Shown here in pieces: positions 31,645-41,416 of a stretch of 64,000 nucleotides of DNA. How positions within the stretch are numbered: position 1 is the first letter of the stretch; the number at the start of each line of letters is the position of its first letter. The notes beneath the pieces were generated by a model. The model searched no databases and was not told the origin of the DNA. It saw nothing but the letters and a program-made list of their open reading frames with translations. Source of the DNA: Clostridia bacterium (GTDB lineage Bacteria; Bacillota; Clostridia; RGIG6154); contig JAZROD010000002.1 in assembly GCA_045648505.1 (NCBI GenBank), positions 289 to 64,288 on the forward strand, in the 5' to 3' direction. Made by a program: the position numbers and the translations under genes.

Positions 31645-33360
31645 ATGAAAAAGATTATTTCGGTAGTGCTTGTTTTATGTTTTATGCTTTCTGCATTTAC
31701 AGTAATGGCAGAAAGTAAATGGACAAATGCATCAGAATGGGCAAAGCCTGAACTTGACAAAGCCGTTGAAATCGGAGTTTACCCAAATGCTCTTGAAAAC
31801 AAGGATTTGACCTTAAACATCACAAGAGCAGAACAGGCGGCTTTAACTGTTAAAATCTACGAAGCAGTTACAGGAAATCAAGCACCGGGCGGTGATAACC
31901 CATTCATTGATACAAATGATGCAGAAATCATCAAGGCTTTCAAGCTTGGTATCACATCAGGTACAACAGCTACAACATTTTCACCTGATGAAAACCTAAC
32001 AAGAGAACAGGCTGCAGCTATGCTTGCAAGAGTATTCAAGAAAATCAAAAACACAGAAGTGTTAAGCTTTGAAATGCCAAAAGAGTTTGCAGACCACAAA
32101 AGTATTTCAGATTATGCAATTGAGTCTGTATATTTTATGAATGCACAGGGCTACATAAAGGGCACAGAAGCAGGCTTTGAGCCAAAAGGTCTCTGCACAA
32201 GGGAACAGGCTTTAGCCATTGCACAGAGAATGGCAAACAATCTTAAAGGTGATGTTGCAGCAAAAGAAAAATTCACAGTTGCTTGTATCGGCGGTTCGTT
32301 GACAAACGGCGGTTTAGCTTGGCAATCTAAGCTTAAGAAATACCTTGGTGAAAAGATGCCTGACAAGGAAATTGAAATTATAAATGCAGGTATTGGCGGA
32401 ACAACATCAGAATACGGCGCGGCAAGATATGAAAGAGATATACTTACATTCAAACCTGATTATGTAATTATCGAGTTTTCTGTAAATGACAGGACTATGG
32501 GTACAGGAGACAAAATACACCATCAGATGTATATGGAATCTATGATTCAGCAGAGTTTAAAGGCTGAAAAAGTTCCTGCAATTACATTCCTTTTTGCAAA
32601 TCATACCTACGAGGGCGAAAAGCTTGATGGAGTAAATTTCAGCAAAGAAGCAAAAATAGAGCTTGCAGAGTTTTATGATATACCTTTTGTAGATGTTTAC
32701 CAATACGTGAATAAGCTTTATGAAGCAGACACAACAAAAACAAGCTCATCAGTAAAGCTCTGGCTTGAAGATGAAAAGAAATATTACCCTAAAGATAATG
32801 TTCACCCTCACGCTTCAGGGTATGAACTTTTCGCTGATGCTATTATCGAAAGATTTGAAAATGAAGGACTTGATAAATTTTTGCAGCCTGTTCAGGAAAA
32901 GGGCGGAGTCTTCTGTACATCTAAACAAAGATTGGTTACAAGCAGATACAATCAGATGTATGTAACTGACCCAAGAATTACATATGAAGGAAAATGGTAT
33001 CTTTGTAACAAAGCAGAGCCAAGAGGTAATTTAACACAGGCTATTGATACTAAATTTTATGAGTATCCTTATTATCCTGAAGGCGGTATGTATACAATTA
33101 TGGCAAATTCCTCAATGACATTCAAATCAACTGCTGATGAAATTCAGGTTGTTTATATCAGAGGTAATGCCACAAACGATATGGTTTTCCTTGTTGACGG
33201 TAAGGAAGTTGCCACATATTCAACTGCTTTTGAAAGTGCAACTAATATGACTTATATAACTAAAGCTGTTCCTGTCGGAGCGGGAAAAACTGTTACAATA
33301 AAAGCAAAGGGATATTCACCGCTGAGAATTCTTGCGGTTATAGAAAGAATTGCACAATAA
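31645..33360 (+). CDS. SLH-anchored SGNH/GDSL esterase
   Basis: Signal peptide, SLH repeats (ITRAEQ, FSPDENLTREQ, FEPKGLCTREQ), then GGSLT, NAGIGGT, EFSVND, DNVHP. Confidence 0.88.
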   Translation: MKKIISVVLVLCFMLSAFTVMAESKWTNASEWAKPELDKAVEIGVYPNALENKDLTLNITRAEQAALTVKIYEAVTGNQAPGGDNPFIDTNDAEIIKAFKLGITSGTTATTFSPDENLTREQAAAMLARVFKKIKNTEVLSFEMPKEFADHKSISDYAIESVYFMNAQGYIKGTEAGFEPKGLCTREQALAIAQRMANNLKGDVAAKEKFTVACIGGSLTNGGLAWQSKLKKYLGEKMPDKEIEIINAGIGGTTSEYGAARYERDILTFKPDYVIIEFSVNDRTMGTGDKIHHQMYMESMIQQSLKAEKVPAITFLFANHTYEGEKLDGVNFSKEAKIELAEFYDIPFVDVYQYVNKLYEADTTKTSSSVKLWLEDEKKYYPKDNVHPHASGYELFADAIIERFENEGLDKFLQPVQEKGGVFCTSKQRLVTSRYNQMYVTDPRITYEGKWYLCNKAEPRGNLTQAIDTKFYEYPYYPEGGMYTIMANSSMTFKSTADEIQVVYIRGNATNDMVFLVDGKEVATYSTAFESATNMTYITKAVPVGAGKTVTIKAKGYSPLRILAVIERIAQ

Positions 33361-33384
33361 ATATTTCAGTGAGGAAGGAAACAT

Positions 33385-34482
33385 ATGGATATTTCAAAAA
33401 TTGATATAAATTTAGCATCGGGTGAGGTTGATGAGAATATTGAATGGATAAGTTCTCATGATGAACGGTTTTCTGTTCACGGTGTATTCTTCAGCGAAAA
33501 GGACAACCTTTATATGCGTGTGCCTGATGAGGTTTCCGAGGCAACAGGAAATCCGGGTATCCGTACACTTTCAAAGATGACTGCAGGAGGAAGACTCAGG
33601 TTTATAACAAATTCACAGTTTATTGCGATTAATGCTTCGTTGCCTGCTGTAAGACCTGCACCGCATATGCCTGTAACATTAACTCACGGCTTTTCGGTTT
33701 ATGCAGATGGTTTGTTTAAGAAAAGATATTCTCCAAAAACCAATACATTACTGGAAGTTAAAGAGTTTGGTATGGAAAAAAGAATATGTTTTACAGAAAA
33801 GAAGGAAATCGATGAAACAAGCAAAGAAAGACTTATAGAAATATATTTTCCTTTGTACGGAGGTGTTTCCCAGTTACATATTGGTGTAGCACCAGGCTCG
33901 ATTGTTAAAAAAGCACCTGATTATGAAAGAAAAAAACCATTGCTTTTTTACGGAAGTTCAGTAACACAAGGGGCTTGTGTTTCACGCCCAGGTAATGATT
34001 ATGTGTCGATGCTTGCAAGAAAATTTAATTCAGATTATATCAATCTCGGATTTTCAGGCAATGGAAACGCAGAGGATGCGATGATAGATTATATCACATC
34101 AATTGATGCTTCTCTTTATGCATTTGATTACAATATGTATGCAAGCAGAAAAGAACGAATTCTTCCACCACATTTTTCAATCTATGAAAGAATAAGAGAA
34201 AAGCATCCAAATGCACTTATACTTCTCCATGACAAGCCTGGATGTGATTTTGAACCCGACCCTGAAAGAGAAGAAATAATACGCTCAACCTATGAAAAAG
34301 CGGTTAAGCTTGGTGATGAATTAGTTTGCTACATACCGCCAAAAGCACTTTTGGGTGAAGGAGACCGCGATTGCTGTATGGTGGATAATTCTCATCCTAA
34401 TGATTTGGGTGCGTGGAGAATGGCAAACACGATTTATAACACAATATGCGAAAAAATAAGCAAAATTAAAGGAGCTCAATAA
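33385..34482 (+). CDS. SGNH/GDSL hydrolase
   Basis: GGRLRF, YFPLY, FYGSSVTQG, NLGFSG, DNSHPND. Confidence 0.88.
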   Translation: MDISKIDINLASGEVDENIEWISSHDERFSVHGVFFSEKDNLYMRVPDEVSEATGNPGIRTLSKMTAGGRLRFITNSQFIAINASLPAVRPAPHMPVTLTHGFSVYADGLFKKRYSPKTNTLLEVKEFGMEKRICFTEKKEIDETSKERLIEIYFPLYGGVSQLHIGVAPGSIVKKAPDYERKKPLLFYGSSVTQGACVSRPGNDYVSMLARKFNSDYINLGFSGNGNAEDAMIDYITSIDASLYAFDYNMYASRKERILPPHFSIYERIREKHPNALILLHDKPGCDFEPDPEREEIIRSTYEKAVKLGDELVCYIPPKALLGEGDRDCCMVDNSHPNDLGAWRMANTIYNTICEKISKIKGAQ

Positions 34483-36194
34483 TGAATAAGGAACAGTTTA
34501 TAAAACAGAGAGTCAGTGCAATGAGCATTGAAGAAAAAGTCGGTCAGTGCTTTGTTATCGGCTATGTAGGTGCAACAGTAACTCCTGAAATCATAAGACG
34601 AATTAAAACTTATAAGCCTGCAGGTATCAGAGCAGGTCTTATGTGGAGAATAAGAACAGTTAAGCACGACCCAAACGGAACAAACACAGATTTTGCATCA
34701 AGACTTCAAAGACCATACAAGGGTACAATCAAGGATTTTCTTCCTGATATTCCTGTACCACATTTTACAAACGAAGAATTTTGCGAATATGTAAACACAT
34801 TAAAACAGGCGGCAATTGAAAACGGAAATGTTCCACTTCATTTCACATTCGATTTTGAAGGAGACGTTTCTGCAGACTATTACAGAGGCGGAGTAAAATA
34901 CTTCCCAAGCTGTATGGGTATTGCGCACGGTGGTGACAAAGAACTTGCAAAGGATGTTGCGTGGGCAGTAGGCAGACAGCTTGCACCACTTGGCTTCTCA
35001 ATGGTGCATTCACCTGTTCTTGATGTTAACACAAATCCAAAGAACCCTGAAATCGGTACAAGAAGCTATGCTCAGGATCCTGATACAGTTGCAGAATATG
35101 CGATAGAGGCGATTAAAGGCTTCAAAGAAGCAGGAATTATTGCAACAGGTAAACATTTCCCGGGCAGAGGCGAATCTGCAGCAGATGCACATCACGGACT
35201 TCCTGTAATTGATATTTCAAAAGAAGAACTTTATGAAAAACACATTAAGCCATACAAGAAATTAATTGAAGCAGGTCTTCCTGCAGTTATGACTGCTCAT
35301 ACTGCATATCCTGCACTTGACGATTCAGGTCTTCCTGCAACACTTTCAAAAAAGATTGTAACAGGAATTCTTAAAGAAGAGCTTGGCTTTAAAGGTGTTG
35401 TTACAACAGATGAAATCACAATGGGTGGTATTATTTCTGAATTTGAAGTTAAGGATGCTTGTCTTGAAGCTATCAACGCAGGTTGTGACCTTGTTCTTTT
35501 AAGAGACGAGGGCGGTCTTATAGACGAAGTAATCCCTGCACTCGTTGATGCAGTTAAAGATGGCAGACTTTCTGAAGAAAGACTCAATGATGCAGTTTCA
35601 AGAACTCTTGGTGTTAAATATGACTACGGATTCTTTGAAAATGAGCAGATAAAAGAGGTTTCTAAAGCAAGTGAAGGCATAAATGATGAAAAGGTTAAGG
35701 AAATTGCACTTCGTGCTGCAAAACAGGCAATGACTGTTGTAAGAGACGAAAACAATATCCTGCCTTTAAAGGAAGGTACAAAGGTTCTCTTTGTATATCA
35801 GGTTAACCCTGTTCACGAAAGAACAAATACACAAAGCTGTAATCCTGCAACTCCTTGGCTTGAAATGCTTAAGTATTCAGATGATGTATATTGCGTAGAA
35901 TCAAAAATGAAATATCCTGAAGAAGACAGAAAAAGAGTGTATGAGAGAATTGACGAGGCAGATGTTATTATTGTAACAAACTACTTTGACAGAAGAAATC
36001 CTGACAGTGGTAACAGCTTTGTTAAAGAACTACACGAAAAAACAAACAAGCCTGTTATCGTTGTAACAAATTCACCTTATGAGTTCACAATACTTGACGA
36101 ATACAAAACTGTTATATGTACATACAGTTCATCAGTAGAAAGCTTTAAAGAACTTGCAAATGTTATTTTCAGTGGTGATGGAAATGTCAGATAA
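34482..36194 (+). CDS. GH3 beta-N-acetylhexosaminidase/phosphorylase-like enzyme
   Basis: DFEG, SPVLDV, IGTRSY, KHFPGRGESAADAH (NagZ-type loop), LKEELGFKGVVTTDEITM. Confidence 0.88.
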   Translation: MNKEQFIKQRVSAMSIEEKVGQCFVIGYVGATVTPEIIRRIKTYKPAGIRAGLMWRIRTVKHDPNGTNTDFASRLQRPYKGTIKDFLPDIPVPHFTNEEFCEYVNTLKQAAIENGNVPLHFTFDFEGDVSADYYRGGVKYFPSCMGIAHGGDKELAKDVAWAVGRQLAPLGFSMVHSPVLDVNTNPKNPEIGTRSYAQDPDTVAEYAIEAIKGFKEAGIIATGKHFPGRGESAADAHHGLPVIDISKEELYEKHIKPYKKLIEAGLPAVMTAHTAYPALDDSGLPATLSKKIVTGILKEELGFKGVVTTDEITMGGIISEFEVKDACLEAINAGCDLVLLRDEGGLIDEVIPALVDAVKDGRLSEERLNDAVSRTLGVKYDYGFFENEQIKEVSKASEGINDEKVKEIALRAAKQAMTVVRDENNILPLKEGTKVLFVYQVNPVHERTNTQSCNPATPWLEMLKYSDDVYCVESKMKYPEEDRKRVYERIDEADVIIVTNYFDRRNPDSGNSFVKELHEKTNKPVIVVTNSPYEFTILDEYKTVICTYSSSVESFKELANVIFSGDGNVR

Positions 36195-36999
36195 GAAATT
36201 TTTTATTGGTGTTGACTCGGACGGAACTGCCTTTGACAGTATGACTATCAAGCATACAGACTCATTTATACCTGCTATGTTTCAGGTCTGGGATTTAGAA
36301 ACTGTTAAAGAAAGAGTAACAGAAATAGAGCAGTATATTAATCTTTATTCAAAAGACAGAGGGATAAACCGTTTCCCGGGACTATTAATGACTTTTGAAA
36401 AAATGATTGAAGAAAATATATTTGATAAAGATGTTTCGGATTTAAGGGTATTTGTTAATTCAGGCAAAGGCTTTTCCACAAAAGCACTTGAAGATTTCAT
36501 AAAAGAAACAGACAGTGAATTCTTAAAGGATGTTTTAAAGTGGAATAACCTTTCAGACAAGCTCTTTGCTGAAAACTGTAAAGATATTCAGCCTTTTAAC
36601 TTTGTTAAACAATCTCTTTCAAAAGCCATAGATAAAGCAGATATAGGAGTTATCTCATCTGCTACAAAGGAAGGTCTTGAAACTGATTGGAGGGGCGGAG
36701 GAATTGCTCAGTTTACATCTGTAATACTTGGCAAGGAAAACGGCAGTAAAAAAGAACAGTTAAAATCTGAAACAGAAGGCAAATATGAAAAAGAATGTAT
36801 TCTTATGATTGGCGATGCTATAGGCGATTTAGAGGCTGCGAAAAGCATTGATGCACATTTCTATCCTATAATTGCAGGAGAAGAAGAAAAATCATGGGAA
36901 AAGCTATACAGTGATGCCCTTGACAAATTCTTTGACGGCAAATATGCAGGTGAATACGAAAAAACATTGATCGACGCTTTTTACAAAAGCTTTGAATAA
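36184..36999 (+). CDS. HAD-superfamily hydrolase
   Basis: DSDGT motif I, ISSA motif II, MIGDAIGD motif IV. Start MSDKK overlaps the GH3 stop. Confidence 0.85.
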   Translation: MSDKKFFIGVDSDGTAFDSMTIKHTDSFIPAMFQVWDLETVKERVTEIEQYINLYSKDRGINRFPGLLMTFEKMIEENIFDKDVSDLRVFVNSGKGFSTKALEDFIKETDSEFLKDVLKWNNLSDKLFAENCKDIQPFNFVKQSLSKAIDKADIGVISSATKEGLETDWRGGGIAQFTSVILGKENGSKKEQLKSETEGKYEKECILMIGDAIGDLEAAKSIDAHFYPIIAGEEEKSWEKLYSDALDKFFDGKYAGEYEKTLIDAFYKSFE

Positions 37000-37019
37000 T
37001 AGTGAAAGAGGATTTTTAT

Positions 37020-38075
37020 ATGAAATTATTAAACAAACTTCCTATGCCTGATGATATGGAAAAAGAAGAAATAGTTCAGTTGCTTTTGAAAGAGGAGTAT
37101 GGTTTTCTTCCAAAAGGTAAAACTGAGGTTTTTGCAGAGTTAGTAGAAAAAGATGAAAAATTCTGTGCAGGTAAAGCAGTTCTTAATACATTAAGACTTA
37201 TCTGTAGGGGAGAGTTTGGTGAATTTTCATTCCCTGTAATGTACTCGAAAAATCTGTCAGAGGGCAAAAAACCGTGCTTTATACATATTAATTTCAGACC
37301 TGATATCCCTGACAGATATCAGCCAACAGAAGAACTTATAGATGTAGGCTACAGTGTTTTATCGTTTTGCTATAAAGATGTAACAAGTGATGACGACGAT
37401 TTCACAAATGGTCTTGCAGGAGTTATTTACCCTGATGGCAAAAGGGGAGAATATGACTGCGGTAAAATAGGTCTGTGGGCATGGGCGGCAATGCGTGTTA
37501 TGGACTATGTACAGACTCTGCCAGAAATAGATAAATCTAAAATCACAGTTGCAGGACATTCAAGACTTGGAAAAACTGCACTTCTTACAGGAATGCTTGA
37601 TGAAAGATTTTTCTGTGCAATTTCAAATGATTCAGGATGTAGTGGTGCAGCCCTTGCAAGAGAAAATTATGGAGAAACAATTGAAGATATTTGTCAGCGT
37701 TTCCCATATTGGTTCAGTAAGCATTATCTGAGATATGCAAATAATGAAGATAATCTTCCTTTTGACCAGCATTATCTTGTGGCAGGAAATTATCCTCATC
37801 TTGTTTATATTGCAAGTGCAGAAGGCGATGAATGGGCTTGCCCTAAGAATGAATACCTTTCAGCAGCTGCTGCCAGTGGTTATTATCAAAAAAGAGGTAT
37901 GAAAGGCTTTGTGCATCCAGAAAGACTTGCACAGGTGGGGGATACTTTCCATGAGGGATGTATCGGATATCATATAAGACCGGGAAAACACTATTTAAGC
38001 CGTGAAGACTGGCTGAAATATATAGAATTCTTGAATAAGCATTATAAGGAAGGTTTGACTTATGAAATTCTTTGA
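37020..38075 (+). CDS. CE15 glucuronoyl-esterase-like alpha/beta hydrolase
   Basis: WAWAAMRVMDY, GHSRLGK nucleophile motif, SGCSG, LPFDQH, HIRPGKH. Confidence 0.85.
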   Translation: MKLLNKLPMPDDMEKEEIVQLLLKEEYGFLPKGKTEVFAELVEKDEKFCAGKAVLNTLRLICRGEFGEFSFPVMYSKNLSEGKKPCFIHINFRPDIPDRYQPTEELIDVGYSVLSFCYKDVTSDDDDFTNGLAGVIYPDGKRGEYDCGKIGLWAWAAMRVMDYVQTLPEIDKSKITVAGHSRLGKTALLTGMLDERFFCAISNDSGCSGAALARENYGETIEDICQRFPYWFSKHYLRYANNEDNLPFDQHYLVAGNYPHLVYIASAEGDEWACPKNEYLSAAAASGYYQKRGMKGFVHPERLAQVGDTFHEGCIGYHIRPGKHYLSREDWLKYIEFLNKHYKEGLTYEIL

Positions 38076-39483
38076 AAAAGCTACACCGGAATCCTGCGGT
38101 ATTAGTTCAAAAAATATTATTGATTTTGTTGAGGCTTTGTGCCAGGGACTTGAGAATCAGGAAACACATTCATTTTTGCTTATAAGACATGGAAAGTTAG
38201 TTTGTGAGGGATACTTTGCCCCTTATAACAAAAATACAGAGCATATGCTCTATTCTATCAGCAAATCCTTTGCAAGTACAGCTATAGGTTTGCTTGTTGA
38301 TGAGGGCAAAATAGATGTTGATGATTTTGTTTATACATATTTCCCTGAATTGATGGATGAAGACATCAATAAAGAAAATCTTAAAATAAAAATAAAAGAT
38401 TTGCTTTCTATGTCTTTCGGACAACAGGGCGGGGCAGTCCATGAAATCACAAAGAGAAATGATTTAGCACCTGTTATGCTTTATGACTTCTTTTACAGAG
38501 CTAAAAATTCAGAGTGCGGAGAAAAGTTCCGTTATGATTCTTATGGTACATATATGCTTGCAGCAATTGTAAGAAAGCTTACAGGTATGAACGTTGTTGA
38601 ATATCTTATGCCAAAACTTTTCGAGCCGCTTGATATTCCTATGCCTTTTTATGTAAAAGATTCAATCGGCAACAGTATCGGTTATTCGGGTATGCGCCTT
38701 AAGGCGAGAGACCTTGCAAAAGTAGGATTAGTTTACCTTAATAACGGAGTATGGAACGGAAAACAATTGGTACCTGAAAGCTGGATAAAGCTTGCAACAC
38801 AGAAGCACATTTCAACTGATGATTGTGCTACAGGAAAAGACTGGCAGGAGGGATATTGCTATCAGTTCTGGAAGGGCAGATACAATACTACACGCCTTTG
38901 CGGTGCTCACGGTCAGATGTGTGTAATAATGCCTGATTATGATGCTATATTTGTCGTTAATTCAGGATATGACAACGATAAACTTTCATACATATTAGAT
39001 TCATTTTACGAAAAGATTATGTTAAAAATGCAAAATGAACCATTAGCAGAAGACATAGAAAACTTTGATAAACTTGAAAAGGTTATCAAAAATCTTAAAA
39101 TTACATACAATTTTTCGGAAATGTCTCCACTAGCACATATTATCAGTGGTAAGTCTTTTGAACTTTCAGAAAATGATAAATACAATGCCGTAAAATTTAT
39201 TTTTGATGAAGATAAAGTGAATGTTACTTTAGTTTCAGATGAAACTAATTTCGAATTTACAGCAGGATTTAGCAAAGCAATTAACGAGAGGGTTTCAGGA
39301 ACTTATGTTACTTCGCTAAAAAACGAAGGAGACTTAGATATAACTGTTTCTGCTATGTGGAAAACAAAAAAAGAACTTGAAATTACTTTGCGTTTTATAG
39401 GAACACCTGCTATAATAAAAGTAGTAGCAGATTTTTCTAGTGAATCAGGAATAGAAATTGTTCCTATCAGATGTAAATTATAA
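38062..39483 (+). CDS. Serine hydrolase (beta-lactamase/class C esterase fold)
   Basis: SISK (SxxK), LLSMSFG, FRYDS, GYCYQFW, GAHGQ. Confidence 0.85.
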   Translation: MKFFEKATPESCGISSKNIIDFVEALCQGLENQETHSFLLIRHGKLVCEGYFAPYNKNTEHMLYSISKSFASTAIGLLVDEGKIDVDDFVYTYFPELMDEDINKENLKIKIKDLLSMSFGQQGGAVHEITKRNDLAPVMLYDFFYRAKNSECGEKFRYDSYGTYMLAAIVRKLTGMNVVEYLMPKLFEPLDIPMPFYVKDSIGNSIGYSGMRLKARDLAKVGLVYLNNGVWNGKQLVPESWIKLATQKHISTDDCATGKDWQEGYCYQFWKGRYNTTRLCGAHGQMCVIMPDYDAIFVVNSGYDNDKLSYILDSFYEKIMLKMQNEPLAEDIENFDKLEKVIKNLKITYNFSEMSPLAHIISGKSFELSENDKYNAVKFIFDEDKVNVTLVSDETNFEFTAGFSKAINERVSGTYVTSLKNEGDLDITVSAMWKTKKELEITLRFIGTPAIIKVVADFSSESGIEIVPIRCKL

Positions 39484-39500
39484 AAAAGAAAGGTGATATT

Positions 39501-41219
39501 ATGAAAAAAATTATTTCATTACTTATTGTGTTGTGTCTTGTTTTTACTGCGTTTTCAGTAATGGCAGAAAGCAAGTGGACAAACGCATCAGACTGGGCAA
39601 TCCCTGAGCTTGAAAAAGCACTTTAGCTTGGTGTTTACCCATCAGCTCTTGAAAACAAAGATTTAACAGGCAATATTACAAGAGCAGAGCAGGCAGCTTT
39701 AACAGTTAAAATCTACGAAGCTGTTACAGGTAAAGCAGTTGAACCTGCTAAAAATCCATTTACAGACACAAATGATACTGAAATCGTTAAAGCTTATACT
39801 CTTGGTATTACATCAGGTACAACAGATACAACTTTCTCACCTGAAGATAACTTAACAAGAGAACAGGCAGCGGCTATGCTTGCAAGAGTTTACAAGAAAA
39901 TCACAGGTAAAGAAACTCTTGAATTTGAAATGCCAAGTCAGTTTGCAGACCATAGCAAAATTTCTTCATATGCAACAGAATCTGTATACTTTATGAATGC
40001 TATGGGCTATATTAAAGGTACAGAAAAAGGTTTTGAGCCTCAGGGCCTTTGTGCAAGAGAAGCAGCACTTGCAATCGCACAGAGAATGGCCTCAAATCTT
40101 AAAGCAGAAACACCAAAAACAGGTGAAAAATTTGTTGTTGCCTGCATTGGCGGTTCTTTAACTGCAGGCGGCTCACCATGGCAGTATAAAATCAAGACTT
40201 ATTTCCAACAGAAAATGCCCGGCAAAGAAATAGAAATCATAAATGCAGGTATAGGCGGAACAACTTCAAAATATGGCGCATTAAGATATGAAAGAGATGT
40301 TTTGTCTTACAATCCTGACTATGTTATTATTGAATTTTCAATTAATGACAGAACTATGGGAACAGGCGATATAATTAATCAACAGATGTATATGGAAACT
40401 ATGATTCAGCAGAGCTTAAAAGCCCAAAAAGTTCCTGCGATTTCATTCTTGTTCGCAAATCACAATTATCAGGACGAAACTTTTGATAGTGTTGAGTTCA
40501 GCAGAGAAGCTAAAAGACAACTTGCAGAATTTTATAATATTCCTGTTATAGATGCTTATGGATATGTTCATAAGTTATATGAATCAGATGCAGCAAAAAC
40601 AAGCACATCATACGTACAGTGGCTTGAAGAAGAAAAGAAATATTACAAAGTGGGCGATGTTCATCCATACGCTTCAGGATATGAACTCTTTGGTGATGCT
40701 ATAATTGATGCTTTCGAAACTGAAGGCCTTGATAAATTTATTGCTCCTGTTCAAAAAACAGATGGATTTTACTGCAAATCAAAAGCAAAATACTTAACAA
40801 GCAGTTTTAATCAGATGTTTGTTACAGATCCAAGAATTACATACAACGGAAAATGGTATATCTGCAACAAAGAAGATCCAAAATCTAATCTTACACAAGC
40901 TATAGATACAAAGTTCTATGAGTATCCTTATTACCCTGAAGGTGGAGCATACACAGTTATGGCAAATGCAGAAATGACATTTAAGTCATCGGCTGAAGAG
41001 ATTTACGTTGTTTACATCAGGGGCGAAGAAACAAATGACATGGTATTCCTTGTAGATGGAGAAGAAGTTGGAACAAGCGCCACAGCATTTTCAAGCGCTA
41101 CAAATATGACTTATATTACACACGAAGTTCCTGTTGGTAAAAATAAAACAGTTACAATCAGAGCTAAAAACTTTGCACCGTTGAGAATTCTCGCAATAAT
41201 AGAACGAGTTGCTGAATAA
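39501..41219 (+). pseudogene. SLH-SGNH esterase paralogue of 31645, interrupted by one in-frame TAG at 39624-39626
   Basis: ATG at 39501 with RBS and signal peptide, in frame with ORF 39876..41219. Codon 42 is TAG where the paralogue has Glu (KAL*LGVYP vs KAVEIGVYP). No other stops. Confidence 0.85.
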
Positions 41220-41224
41220 AAAAC

Positions 41225-41323
41225 AAGGGGATGTTTAAAAACTCGTTTTAAATATCCCCTTCCTTCAAGGGAATAGCAAAAAGACTATAAATAACAGAAA
41301 AATCCCACTTGTGGGATTTTTCT
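41225..41323. terminator. Two hairpins between convergent genes (bidirectional termination)
   Basis: AAGGGGATGTTTAAAA/TTTTAAATATCCCCTT (41225-41261) and AGAAAAATCCCAC/GTGGGATTTTTCT (41296-41323). Confidence 0.7.
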
Positions 41324-41416
41324 TCGTTTAGTTTCAGTTTTTTTGGATTTTCACTATTAAAAAACAATAATTTACTTCCTTTTTGCGTTCCGGAGTATTT
41401 TAACATTCCCATGTTT

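Noticed and set aside
38062-39483. Beta-lactamase / resistance gene
   Set aside because: No signal peptide and lies in an esterase operon; the SxxK fold here most likely indicates a cytoplasmic esterase/amidase.
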